Shown here: in pieces, positions 1-13,099 of the stretch | How the letters are laid out: each line of letters opens with the position of its first letter | How positions within the stretch are numbered: the first letter of the stretch is position 1 | Source: Diadema antillarum | Lineage: Eukaryota | DNA length: 64,000 bases | Assembly (NCBI RefSeq): GCF_040938485.1 | Contig: NW_027270904.1 | Location: 3,286,001-3,350,000 of the forward strand | Direction of reading: 5' to 3' | Position numbers and translations under genes: made by a program | The notes under the pieces: generated by a model | Told to the model about the DNA's origin: nothing | The model's database searches: none | Seen by the model: only the letters and a program-made list of their open reading frames with translations

Positions 1-504
1 ATCAAGTTTGACACTGAAGCAATATTCTGGCTAGCCAGACAGACTAGCAACTTCAGAATTTTATGATTTTGAGCTAGTCAGACGTGATTTCGGGTGGCCA
101 ATGGCCAGCGGACCATCGCCAATTTCGAACCCTAACAAGAATCAACTTGATGCTGTCTTATCTTCACATGTCTACAATTCTATCATCATAGGGGCTGTTC
201 ACAATTATCAACATTATCACATGTGTACAAACTATACACTTTTCAAGACCCCCCCCCCCCCATTAAATTGTAAGAAGAAACATTTTGATATTTTTTCCCC
301 ATTATTTTCACTGTGTTCAGTTCCTGCTTGGTCTACCTTTTTTCAGATCGTGTCGACATTTTTCAAAATTGGAAAGCGTACCTTAGGCTGGGTGTTGACC
401 CCCCCAGCGTAATGTTTATACGCATGTGAAAATGTTGGTAATTGCAATCATCATCTAAATGAATTATACTTTTTACTTTTTAATACTTACTCTTTTGTTT
501 GTTT

Positions 505-528
505 GTCTTCATTTTTTTTCCTTGGCAG
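505..528 (+). promoter_or_regulatory. Probable splice acceptor opening the TTLL2 5'UTR/CDS exon (exon starts at 529)
   Basis: Long polypyrimidine tract (ttgtttgtcttcatttttttccttgg) ending in cag at 526-528, followed by a shift to GC-richer sequence. Confidence 0.6.
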
Positions 529-686
529 GGGACTACTGTAATGCTTCTGACAGCCACAAGCTATACAGAGCAGATCAGCACCAGGGGCTACGTATAAGCT
601 GTTCAACCAGATGATCAGGTAGGCCAGCATCTGTTCCGGAGCAAGGATTACCCAATCATCATGATCAGGTGCCACATGGCTGAGTG

Positions 687-2975
687 ATGTTACCAGAGAA
701 CCATGGCCACACTTCCCCCAGCTATGCAAAGCCCCTGGTCTTCAGACTCAATGAGAATGGCGTCGGCCCGGAGGTTGTGCGAGACGTCCTCCTGGATCGC
801 GGGTGGGACGAGTTCGTGGAAGGGGAGAGCAAGGACCACGAGTGGAATCTGTGGTGGCGCACAAATCGGTTCCGGCTCTGTGACTACAGTGACTTAATGC
901 CATGGCAGCGTCTGAATCATTTCCCCAACACCGTTGCAATCACAAAGAAGGACACGCTGGTGAGAAATATGCGCCGGATGAGAGGGGTGTATGGCCCATC
1001 AGTGTACAACTTCACTCCAGTCGGGTTCAACCTTCCCAATGACTACACAAGGTTTGTTGCAGAGTACTCTAAATCACAGCAGGAGGATGGGGAAGAGGGT
1101 AAGAAGACCCTTTGGATCTGCAAGCCTGCGGATTTGTCAAGAGGACGCGGCATCTTCATCTTCCATGACCTATCTGAATTGACCTATGATTGCAGTGCTG
1201 TGGCGCAGAAGTACCTTATGAACCCCCTCCTAATTGGTGGCTACAAGTTTGATTTGCGCATCTATGTCCTTGTCACCAGTTTCCATCCCCTTCACATCTA
1301 CATGTACCAAGAAGGAATTGTGAGGTTTAGCACAGAGAAATTTGATCTGACCACCTTAGACAACATGTTCTGTCATTTGACAAATACCAGCATCAATAAA
1401 CTTGGCCCCTCATATACCACGTTCAAGGAAGGCGTTGGTCCTGGATGCAAGTGGAGCCTCACCATGCTGAGGAACTACTTCCATCAGCAGGGTATTGACG
1501 ATGAGATCATCTGGCAAAAAATCTGCAATATTGTGACTCTCACCATGCTTGCCCAGGCCCCGACTGTTCCCAAGACGAGTGGATGCGTGGAGCTCTTTGG
1601 TTTTGACATCCTGATCGACAGCAGCCTCAAGCCATGGCTGCTGGAGGTCAACTTCAGCCCAGCTCTTGGCCTCGACTGCTCCATCGACCACAACATCAAG
1701 AGAGACCTCATAGGGGACATTGTGGACCTCATGCACTTTCAGGTTGGTGATGAACTTCGTGGAGGAGAGTCATTTGCCAAACTTAAGATGAGACAGGCAT
1801 ACAGCCCAAACAGAAAGGGAAGTCTGGTAGGTACCAAGAGAAGTTTCTCCACCAAACCTGGACCCAAGAGAAAATCACTGAATGCCAGCACAGGAAGTTC
1901 TCCATCGAGACCATCTGCCCCTGGCTCCAGAGACTCCTTGAACAGGGTGCTAACCAGGAATAGGCAACCCAGTAACGACAGGCTGGCCGTGACCTATAAG
2001 CCTTCACCTCGCGGGGACTCCACAGTGGGCAAGGCTTCACTCAAAACCATTCCAAATGATAAAGAAGATGACTATGATGAGGAGATAGCAGCAGCATGTA
2101 AATGCTCATCAAGCGAGGCTGACCTGAAGAGAGATTGTCCAAGCTCTCTGAGTCACCAATCAGGGAGTGTTCATGGGGGATGCTCACCGGGAAAACCGAA
2201 CAAGACACTAAATGCTCTGGTACTGCCGAGCTTGGAGGAATCCCGAAAGCAGCTGGACAGCAGGAGAGAGTTGATACGCAGCAGACAGGGTCAGAAACAA
2301 GCAAGTCCTGAATCGCCAACACGTAAGCCCAATCTTAACTCACAAGGGCATTCACCGACAAGTCTTCGCACCAGCAAATCAGGGACAACCTCTAGTCTAT
2401 CTTCTGCACAGAGTCATCCCAAGAGTGGTGTGAGGGGAATGCATCAGTACCCCAATCCTGCAGATTCATCAAAGAGGAAGCAAGAACCTGTGCAAAACAA
2501 CTCACGTGCAGCCCCTAGAGGAAAGGATGCATCACCCAAGAGATCTCCATCAGTGACACAACCAGTGGTGACCCGGACTGGCTTGAAGCTTCGAACTAAG
2601 GAGAGACCCCTGTCCATTATGAACCAGAAGGGTGCATCAAACAACAGAACCAGCAAGACGGACCTGTCGTTTCCTGCAGTAGCTAAGCTCAAACCTCCTC
2701 AACAGGTGGGTGACTTTGTGCTCACTTTCCCTTTCAATGAGACCACTCGTCGTGCAAGCTTCCCATCCCTGGACCTCAGGCAAGTCATTCGGGAAACGCA
2801 AAAACAACTCCGCAGGGCAATGCTGAAAGGACGCACCCCAAAGCAACTGCTGCAAGCGACATCCTTGGTTTCCACACAGCGAGCACCGGGTGGAGTCTCA
2901 AAGCCGCAGCTAGAAGAAGTAACTGTGCAATGGGCGCCGCTAAAATCCCACCATTTGTTAAGTGGACAGTGTTGA
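687..2975 (+). CDS. TTLL2: Tubulin polyglutamylase TTLL2-like, intronless CDS (762 aa from the ATG at 687)
   Basis: ATP-grasp TTL motifs WICKPADLSRGRGIFIF, QKYLMNPLLIGGYKFDLRIYVLV, ELFGFDILID and WLLEVNFSP. The N-terminal PLVFR...WNLWWRT and C-terminal FVLTFPFNE motifs match TTLL2 as I recall it. The ORF track starts at GTG 684; the ATG is at 687, with an in-frame TGA at 681-683. Confidence 0.93.
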   Translation: MLPENHGHTSPSYAKPLVFRLNENGVGPEVVRDVLLDRGWDEFVEGESKDHEWNLWWRTNRFRLCDYSDLMPWQRLNHFPNTVAITKKDTLVRNMRRMRGVYGPSVYNFTPVGFNLPNDYTRFVAEYSKSQQEDGEEGKKTLWICKPADLSRGRGIFIFHDLSELTYDCSAVAQKYLMNPLLIGGYKFDLRIYVLVTSFHPLHIYMYQEGIVRFSTEKFDLTTLDNMFCHLTNTSINKLGPSYTTFKEGVGPGCKWSLTMLRNYFHQQGIDDEIIWQKICNIVTLTMLAQAPTVPKTSGCVELFGFDILIDSSLKPWLLEVNFSPALGLDCSIDHNIKRDLIGDIVDLMHFQVGDELRGGESFAKLKMRQAYSPNRKGSLVGTKRSFSTKPGPKRKSLNASTGSSPSRPSAPGSRDSLNRVLTRNRQPSNDRLAVTYKPSPRGDSTVGKASLKTIPNDKEDDYDEEIAAACKCSSSEADLKRDCPSSLSHQSGSVHGGCSPGKPNKTLNALVLPSLEESRKQLDSRRELIRSRQGQKQASPESPTRKPNLNSQGHSPTSLRTSKSGTTSSLSSAQSHPKSGVRGMHQYPNPADSSKRKQEPVQNNSRAAPRGKDASPKRSPSVTQPVVTRTGLKLRTKERPLSIMNQKGASNNRTSKTDLSFPAVAKLKPPQQVGDFVLTFPFNETTRRASFPSLDLRQVIRETQKQLRRAMLKGRTPKQLLQATSLVSTQRAPGGVSKPQLEEVTVQWAPLKSHHLLSGQC

Positions 2976-4685
2976 TGAATGATCTGCCTATGTAAGTCTC
3001 TGACGATGTTGACATAGGTGGTCATTTCATAGATGGACACTAAAAGAGACATATAAATCCCAGCAGAGGCAGGGTATGAAGTTTTTTATGTGCCTCTGTC
3101 GCTCCTGTGAGAGTGGTAATGAATGGGAGGGGGCACATTCTGGTGAAGTAGGTCTTATTCTGCATGGAATTTTATGCAGTGTACACAAGACCCAGTGCAG
3201 TCCTCATCACTCAAAAAGCATATTATTCCTAACACTGCTTAGGATTAGTAAAACATTTTATATGGTTAACCATAGCAATACAGCAGTTTTAGGCAAGAAT
3301 GGACATTTGATATTTTTGATTGAGTCAAATCCACATGAATTATGTACTACAAAGTATGTCAGATTATATAATTCTAATAATATACATTGACGACAATATG
3401 TGCAATTGTTCTGTGCACTAGCACAGAATATTCGGGACAATTACTTGTACATTCTTCTATGCACAATAGATTTGTATTTTCCACTAGTCGGCTTCATATT
3501 GCTTCAAAGTTTGCCTGTTGTTGTTGTTTTTTGTCACAAAGCAATAATATGCCTACTGAACCTTTTTATATCCATAGTGAATTGCCACAGAGGTTGAGTG
3601 CAAGTGCCTTTTCAACTTTTCCAAGTATTTAATATACATTTAAATGATCATGTACATGTACATAACTTGTATATGTATTCTGATGGACTGGTTATGCTGT
3701 GTCCAATTAAGCATATACATGTATTATGGACTCGTAGTTGGATTGATTGAGTTAGTTGCATTGCTAAGGCCACCTTCGAGCACTCAAAAGCGAACTGATC
3801 CTACAAGTACCATATCATGCTATGCCAGATTTGGAGCATTTGAGCGCTCTGTGGAGAAAGCGTACCCCACAAGTTATTTTTAGAGGGGGTCATTTATATT
3901 GTAGCAAAGAGGTCAATCACTGCATGGGCACGCTTTAGGTGTCCAGAACAAAGGAATATAGTTCACTCTTTTCATTATGATGTGTGTGCATTTTGCACAT
4001 ATTTTTTGCATGCCAACTTCTGGTAAGGTTATGGTTCGCTCTTGGAGCTCAGAAAGTGGTCCACTTTTGGCTTGGTATACAAATGTACTACGTTTCACTT
4101 CAGGTGCATTTGAGCCCTCCTCTGGCGCAGATAGTATGGTACAGTACACTTTTAGGAGAGTGCTTGAATGCACTACTTAAATTCAGAATTATCAGACAGC
4201 TCACTGACTGAAATCTGTTACATGAATCACTGTTAACTGCTTCTTGCACAGAAATGTGTTGCATTTATCAGCACACCTATGCAATTATACTTCCCACCAA
4301 TAATCAGTAATTCAAGAACAACTTGAGAACTCTTGTTCTGAATGCCGTGAGTGCATGAGTGTGTGTGTGCGTGTGTGTGTGCATGCATGTGTTTGTTACT
4401 GTTTTATATAGCAATTGATATGTCATACTTAGGTTTTTAGGATGTATACGAACATAGAGAGTGAAATCATTACTGTTTCTTCTAGACTAATGAAACATGA
4501 ATTTAAGCATGGAGTTTGCATGGTTACATGACCAATATTGTGTTAACCTTCCTTCATAAAGATGCATTTCGTGAATGCGACATTGGTTTGAAAATTTGTG
4601 AAACTCTTTTTAGAATTTGGCTTTGAATTATGATTCGTTTTGTGTGGCTGCTTTGGAAGCATCGAATGCTTGTATGCAATCTACC

Positions 4686-4845
4686 ACAAGACCAACAGCT
4701 TTAGGCCCCCTCCAGAGGACTAGGCAATGAGGATAAAGTGCCTTAATTGCCTAGGGGCATGCACAACTGCTGCAGTCATGGGACTTGAACTAGGGACCTC
4801 TTGATTGATCAGATGTGACCTTACCCACTGAGCCACAAGAGCTCC
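4686..4845 (-). mobile_element. tRNA-derived SINE (same family as 22402)
   Basis: Reverse complement reads GGAGCTCTTGTGGCTCAGTGG...GTTCAAGTCC...AAGGCACTTTATCCTCATTGC...AAAGCTGTTGGTC. Confidence 0.65.
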
Positions 4846-7800
4846 CCAAGTAAATGATGCAGATTTGGGGTTTAGTCAATTCATTATTTTCAAGAATGAG
4901 TGTGCAACATTAGTCTGCAATGACAAGTTTCACCTGTGCATACATTTTTTTTTTGTTTTACTCAGAGATGTAAGATAACTGCAAACAATTTCTACCAGGA
5001 CAACCCGTAATTTTCTATTTTCTAATTTTCTAATTTTCTAATTTTAGTAAAGTCACCCTGATCTTTCTTGTTGTTGTATGTTGTTTGTACACTGTATATT
5101 GTTTATATGCAGAGCAGCTAATCTCTACACATTGAAATAATAGATAAAGCACATACCAGTGCCCAATTAAAAGAGAGGAACGAAAGTTTCAATAATGTAT
5201 TTTGGATTAAAAATTTAAAAATTGCACATCTTGAGCATGCTAAATCAAGTTTCAGGAAAAACAAAGTTTTCATTCACAAAAGCATTTTCTCATATTTGGT
5301 GAGAAATTACATACATGTACTACATGTAGATATCGTAAAATCGTACAAGTTGACAGCTCTCTAATTGTTATTTGTGTTTTCTGTTTTTATTGCATGCGCT
5401 TGCCGTGTTAACACCACTTCTTTGGGTGGAGGGTTTTTCTTATTATTTTTTCAGTACACATTAATATATTGTGTAGTATTTTGGTTTTAATAAAACCAAT
5501 TGATTGAATAAAACTGAAGATCTTGCGTCCATGAGTGATTTCTACCAGTGTTAGAATGTAGAAGGCCCAAATTCCACATGACATAAACTCCTGAGAGATG
5601 ACAGAGAGACCCAAAGTTGGTTAGATCCCTCAGCAGTCTCCGAGACTACATAAAAACAGTGTCTATATTATGGAATGGCTCTAAAAATATCCTTGGAAAG
5701 ATCATTGAAAGACCAAAAAGTAATTTTCCAACAAATTTCTAAGAGATCTCTGTGGGACCTTGAAGTTCGCTAAATGTTCACTGAGAAGACCAATAGGACC
5801 ACTGAGAGATCACTGAAAGATCATTTGAAATACTGTACTCCTTGAGATCTTTGAGAGATCAACCAAGACCTCTTAGAGACTACAGATTGTAGTCTTTCAA
5901 TGATCCCGCCATGATTTCTCAATAGTTTTTCAGCGATCTTCCCCTAAAAATGTGGCGATTCTTGAGAGACTGTTGAAAGATAATTGAACAACTAGTAAGA
6001 CCCTTGAGCGCTCATTGAGAGATTGCTAAAAGACCACTGACGGGCCATTTTCTGGAAAGATGGCTGAAAGATTACAATTGTATTTTGGACTGTTTCAAGA
6101 ATTTTTGGAGACCATGGAGACCATGATGAAATTTACTAAGATAACAGGTTTCCCTGCAGACTTGGCAAGTTGTTTGTGCAAACAAGATGGTAGTCACAGA
6201 ATAATAATCATTACGAAGCCTCGTTTCATAGGGCAGAATCATATCATGCAATAGTGCAAAGTAGATTTTCCTTTTTCACAAAACCTGTTTTTATTGCATT
6301 TTTTCCTGTTATGTACAACTGTTGAAATACATATACATGTATTCAAGAATGCACTCGAGTCCAAGGACTTAAATGCCAACACTTTTCCTTTTACCCGAGA
6401 CTGAATTATGTCTCGTCAAAAATAATGATAATAATAATAAATAAATAACACATGGAAAAAAAACACAAATAGATAATTTCATAATGAAATAAATGAATTC
6501 ATTATTCAGTTACATTGTAACTAATTCATCAATATAATGGGGAATGAACACATAAATAGTGGGCAAGGGAATTTTACCACACTTTTACCTTGCATTTAAA
6601 AAAAAATGGGACATTTGTTATTGACCCTGAACACATCGTGCTTCAAAATCTTTTCTCCTATAAAATAAATACACAATTACACCCTACTGTTAATGTCAGT
6701 AAGGACAGCCTCTTTTACTTGCATACACTAGTGTTGTGAAAGTTTGTAGAGAAAACTTTAAAAAAAAAAAGAGAAGTACAGAAAGGCATTAGCATTGCCA
6801 AGAAAAGATGCACATTAAATGGAATTCCTCAGTAACATCACCTGAGGTAATGGTGCTGAAACCATGTAAAATGTTCACTGCCGCAGTTTCATTGTATGTT
6901 TGCAAAAGAAAAACTACATGTCATACATCTCTAGCACAAAAAACGTAATTGTCAATAAATCGATTGTAGTGAATGAGCGGAATCCTTGTGATACTTATAA
7001 ACCTCGACATCAAACATGGCGGGGCCAATCAATGGGGCTTAATTTTCACCTGGAGGGTCCTGCAAAAATCCTTAGGCCCAGCGAAATCTCTTCTGTTTTC
7101 TTTTTTTTTTCTTTTTTTTTTCATGTCAAGGTTTAAAAAAAACAATAAAATGCAATAAAACTTTGATCCATGGGGGAAAATAAACAACTTTACCAGAAAG
7201 AGTATAAGGTGTTATTTTACTCTTTGTAAATGGGTTAACAAATTAAATTGATATGACAATAATGATATTAATAATACTAATCATAATCATAATCATAATA
7301 ATAATAATAATATGAAAATACTCTTGTTTTTACTCAACATTTAAATCTTCATAGACATGAATAAATTGCTTTCTTCATATTTCGAACAAACAAAGTGACG
7401 ACACAAACCTAGGGTCAATGAGTCATAAATCATTATTCTATATGATGCTAGTCTCAAGCCAGTCTCAAGTTAACATGGCAACAATTAACAAATAGCAACA
7501 GGTAGATAGACGACCCCCCACTCCTAAATATACATGTAATACTACCTCCAGCAATGCTAAAACATGAAGGTACATTACAATGTAAAATCAACAAGTATTT
7601 TATTTCTGTAAATACTAGTTTTTGACAGATTTATTCACATCATCAAAGTGTAAACATCAAATGAACTTCCTTTCCAGTTGCAATTTCTTGCTGAAGTTTG
7701 ATGTGGCAAGCAAATCATTTGAACACGAACATAATTCTGTATCTATCAAATTTATTCTAAAATATATTATGTACAAGTTGCTCTTAGTTTGTTTTGGCAA

Positions 7801-10590
7801 TGCTTTCACGAGTTTCTCACTCTCACTCAAATTCACACATCAGTTTTGGTTGTTGCAGCCACTGGGTCTCCACAATACACTCTCCACTTGACAAACACAC
7901 AATACAACAAAATTAGGCAACTAAAAGGCCTTTCTTATGGTCCAAATGCAATATATATTGTTCTCTCTTTATGTAATCCTCTTTTTTTCCAGCAAATCTT
8001 AATCAATATAACGAACAAGTTTGAAGGTTTGTTTTAAAAGGTCCATTTTGAAATTGAGTTTGCCATGCACTACTCAGTCAAATCAATGCTATCAGTAGGA
8101 CAAACCACTACACAGATTTGACATACAAATTGTAGGTCATTGGAACAGAATGCGGTGGTTACTGGTAAAAGTACGCAACTTGCTATTCACCTGTGTACCT
8201 AATCACTGGCTTGATGGTCGAGACCTTTCAATCATTATTTATACCTATAAAAAGTGGCGATCAAGTCTCCTAATCTTACAACGGCGCAGATCTCTTAAAG
8301 CCACCTTTTAGCACTGGGAACAGTGATGTAGAAAATATTTAAATTGTCACATTTGATGCCTATGTATAGCTCAGTTGTATGACAAAAACACCCAAACATA
8401 AAAAAAATATCCTAATAAAGCCAAAAATATAAGGATATATCACTAATTTTCTCAATAAACAATCACAGTGACAGTTTATTCTAGAATCATCTTTAATATT
8501 GTTCACATTTTGTATACATTGTATTTAACAATTGAACTTAACATTAATTTTATTGATTAACATTTTCATGTTGTTTATTTTTCTCCTGAACTCACATTTT
8601 AGAACTATTTTGATGCATTAAAGCTGGGTTTCTTCATCTGCAAATGTTAGCAAGGGGCTTAAATGCCGCAGTAGCATCCAATCATGATATTACTAAAATG
8701 TATTCATATTTCATCTGGGTAATCAGCCTCTTTGGTTCAAGCACTGATCTCCCTGAAGGCCCTGTCATTAATACTGTAAAACACAATATTTTCGCGGCAT
8801 GAAATTTCTGCAAATTGGAGCCGCCGTCCTCTTTCGCGGCATGAAATTTTTAGGAAAAGCAAAATGTGTATAGACTTGAGGAAAAAAAAAAAATCTGAAA
8901 TCAGATTTTAATTTACAGAATACAAGTATATAATGCCTGTACCATTTAAACAAAGTGACATACTGCTAATGCATGCACGCTACAGTGATACCATAATCCA
9001 TGAGAGGTCTTGCCAGCTTAGATTTTCGGTAGGCTGAATCTACAGATTGTCACGACAAGGATTGCTTCATTTGCTGCGCTGAGCATTTCTGTCGGGTCAT
9101 TGCACACACACATTACACATATGCATCTAGACTAGAGAACAACGGAACAGAACAGTGGATTTTCACACACATTTGTCTTGCACCTAAAAATAGGCTCTCC
9201 TGTATTTGCAATGGGGTTGCTCAACAGTCAAAAGTGAATATCATCCTCATCTTAGCTACGAACTGGTTCATCTAAAATAATAATCTGAAGTATTATTGAC
9301 CATAATCTCCACTATTCAGGTTACATTCAAATACTTGCAAATAAATTCTCCATTTCAGCAAATTAAAAGGGTGGTACATCTTGTACATCTCCTATCAACA
9401 AAAAAAAAAAGTTTTTCTTTGAATCTATATTCCATTTGAGGTCTCATAAGCTAACCCAAGAAATCAAATAGACTTGGTAGTTCAAAAATCAAGCACCAGC
9501 ACAAGAAAGAATAAACTTTAGTTGTCCTTCTGCTGTTGTCCCTTTTTTTTTTGTCAATACATGTGCCTGTGAACCATGTAGAAGGCAGAGTGTAAAATAA
9601 GGGTAGAAATATCTTTTTCCGACAAGCAATGACAATTTTCATGTGTGCCATGCTAAAGCACAAAATTCCAGTCTCTCGCATGGTTCCCCCATTATTTTTA
9701 TCCGCAGAGTTGCAAAGGAGACTCAACAAACACAGAAGCTTGTGTCTTTGCAAAGATAAGAGATATCAGTTGGATGAAACCAGTGCAACCAAAGATCCTA
9801 CACCCCATAAGATGATCAACTCTCCCGATTTTACAGGACGCTGGTGAAATGGAAGTGGCTGCCACCTGCTAACATTGAGCACGTATAGATCGAACAAGTG
9901 TTAGCCTTTTGCAAAGGCAGCTCGCAATAATTTGTGGACATGCACAGTCACAGCGAGTGTAGTGACCTACGAGTGGAGCTGAGACGAAAACTCGCTGTGC
10001 AGTCTTTTGGAAATCGTAATAATGGTATACCTGCCAATAGTTTGGTGTAGCTATTGATGCAGTTTAATGCACTGCACTAATTCTTAGGTTTACTCATGAT
10101 TCTTTATATCTTATATAGCAAACATTTTTGACAGACAAAATGAACACAGAACGAAACATATTGGCAGAATTATTGTGCATATTAATTGAGTCCATTTACA
10201 TTGTGAAACTACATAACAGAAAAAAAGAAATATTTGGCAAGAAAATAGTTTTCAGAATACCACCAATGTACATGTTCATGTACTGGTACCTGTATTCAAA
10301 GCTGGGCAATGTTATTTTACCTCATGGTTTTATGAACATAGTCCCAACAGGAGACTCATACCAATCTACAAAGCCGCAAGGACAGATTTACAGGGACCAG
10401 TTCCCCTTATTGCAAATCTACCCTAAAACACACGGGATGGCATCAAATGGTGGCATGATGGTGTGAAAATGGTAACTTACTGTTGAATTTCTTCAGAACT
10501 GAATGTGCTCTCAGATCTTCCTTTTTGTTTCCACCTATGTTTAAGGTACTTGCCAGGTGCAATACACCAGCTACAGGGGGTCTACTTACC

Positions 10591-10929
10591 GGGGTCGTCC
10601 CACTAGACCGACACCCACCAGTCATACAGCCCACGAGTTCGACACTGAAAACAGGTCCATGAGTCATACAGCTCACGAGTCATACAGCCCATGAGTTCGA
10701 CACTAGGCAAATAAAGCCCATGAGTTCGACACTAGGTAAACACAGCCCACGAGTTCGACAGACACAACACGGGGCTTAATGTGTTGGTCTCGTGTGCCTT
10801 GTTAGGTTAGTGTCAAACTAATGGGCTGTATGACTCGTGAGCTGTTTAACTCATGGGCTGTATGACTCGTGAGCTGTATAACTCATGGGCTGTATGACTC
10901 CTAGGTGTCGGTCTCCTGACGTGCACCCC
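10591..10929. mobile_element. Foldback-type MITE with internal short repeats and 8-9 bp TSD
   Basis: GGGGT...ACCCC ends; (C)TACTTACC on both sides; inverted arrays of GTCATACAGCCCAYGA. Confidence 0.8.
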
Positions 10930-11297
10930 TACTTACCATCTAAAATGTAACATCTTTTCCACTTGACTTTATGTCCTTAATCAATACAGAGGAACCTCGT
11001 TATGAAGAAATTGGATACAACAAAACCCTCTCATATCAAGGTGATTTCGCAGTTCCCATCCCTTTATATTTTTGTTTTCATACCGTAATATAGTGAGCAT
11101 CTTCGCATTTGAAGGTAACGCCATGGTTTGTGGGTCCTTGTTACAAGATTCACCTGTATTCAAACAGAAGTCACAGATATCCACCCATGTTTTTCATAAT
11201 GTCTACTTCAGCAGCACAAATCCAAAGAATAAGAGGTTTCAGTACATGCCGTGTAGAGTACATGAAGATTGTTCCACTTCAGAAAAAGAGAAAACTG

Positions 11298-11434
11298 GGG
11301 GAATTTCATCAAGTGTTTTGTCAGATATTTTTTTTTTGACAAATTGTTATAAGCTACTGAAATCCCTGCATCTGACTGGCTGAGAGCAAATTTGTCAGTA
11401 AAAATATCTGAACAAACCCTTGATAAAATGCCCC
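11298..11434. mobile_element. Same CWG-TSD MITE family, diverged copy
   Basis: GGGGAATTTCATCAAG...CTTGATAAAATGCCCC flanked by CTG. Confidence 0.65.
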
Positions 11435-12942
11435 CTGAATGTATGACACATTACTCTACAGTCACGTCCAACTTCCAGCAGTGAAATATTTTCCTGCTAC
11501 GATAACGATAATAAATACACATCATAAATAAAGCAGCCAAGACAGTAGTATGATGGCACCAATTCTACCCATCTAACTACAGTTTTGGCAAAAAACAATC
11601 TCAAGACGATAAGTACAGATCCAGTAGCCCTCTTTTACAAGCACTCACAAATTTCTTACCAACTTCGATAGAAGGTGGTACTCAATCGATTTTACAAAAA
11701 TCGTGTGAGAACATCTAGAAAATCCTGCTTTTTCAGCTAGTAAATTAGCGATGAAAACATTGCTTTGAGCGCTAAAGGCATTTGACTCCTACTTAGAGAA
11801 ATACATGTGAACACAATGTATGAATATAACAGACCTACTGACAGACTGAAGAAATGAATGTATGTGTGTACAACAAACTCTCTTTTTCAGTCCTCCCTTG
11901 GCTCCAGATTCCCACAATGCCTTGCAAATGAGGGCCACTACTTGTTAAATAAAACAACAACAAAGAGTAAATTAAGACATTCATGAACGAAGATCTTGGC
12001 TAAACTGAAGATCAATATGACGATGAAGAACCCGTGTAAAAAAAAGGTGACGTTTTGCATCTGTGCAACGTGTTGTGCTGAATGTCAACATGGCGTGGAA
12101 ATTTTTCAGAAGCTTGGTGGAGACGTAGAACACTGATTGCTTTAATACAAGATGGTCATTTGCAAACAATGGTCAGAGTTAAAGAGGAATTCCAGTCCAA
12201 TCATAAATTAGTCTGATATGAAAGAGTAAAATCTTATGAGTACAAGAGCGAAAACTTGATCAAAATCACTTAAAAATTAGGGAAATTATGAAATTGTAAA
12301 GATTCGCTAATTTCTGCAAAACAGTTCTAGTACAGTTGAAATGAAATATGCAAATGAGTGAGCTGATGTCATCACCTCATAATTTTTCCATTGATCATGT
12401 ACAAAAAAAGTGACAAAAATTCACTGTTTCTGTTATTGAAGTGTAAAACATGATTTTATTCTGGTTGAATACTTGTAACTTAAGAAAACAATCACTTAGA
12501 TATATCAGGATTTGAGAATGGGACGTAATTGTGTTTGAATGAAAAACTGGAAATATAAAGTTCTTACGTACAAACTATATGGCAAGTTGTGAGGGGATGA
12601 CATCACTTCATTATTCACATATTTATATTGACCGTTCAAGAACTGTTTCTTGAAAAATTAGCAAAACTTCAAAATGACATAACTTCATTATTTTTCACAC
12701 AATTTTGATCAAATTTTCATCGTTGTGCTCAGAAATTGTTACTCCTTCTTTTCAGACAAAGTTTCACTTGCACTGGAATTTCTCTCTAAGATTGAAGACA
12801 TACACTAATGATACTTTGGCACAATGAACGCCATTGTTTCAAGACCCGGTAGCGTAGGAATTCAAGGAGTGGGAAAGCTGGCCAGGCTCGGATATATTCA
12901 AGAATCACCTTTTCAAATTGTGTGTACATAGCTTTATCACTG

Positions 12943-13099
12943 GGGGGTGTTTCATCAACGTTTGTCGGCGCCGACAACTTGAATCACCATAGTAACAGTC
13001 AGTGACAAGAGCATCTCAGCCCATCAAAACCAAGGATTTTGCTGAAATTGGTCAGCGCTGACAGTTGTCGGTGCTGACAAGCGTTGATGAAACACCCCC
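12943..13099. mobile_element. PIF/Harbinger-like MITE, TSD CTG
   Basis: TIRs GGGGGTGTTTCATCAACG / CGTTGATGAAACACCCCC flanked by CTG. Confidence 0.8.

Noticed and set aside
36-110. TTLL2 promoter (RFX half-site CTAGCAAC at 44-51, CCAAT at 98-102)
   Set aside because: Half-site only, the TSS and upstream exon are not locatable, and short motifs are expected by chance.
1410-3052. Minus-strand ORFs over TTLL2
   Set aside because: Antisense shadows of a stop-free CDS with no recognisable motifs.
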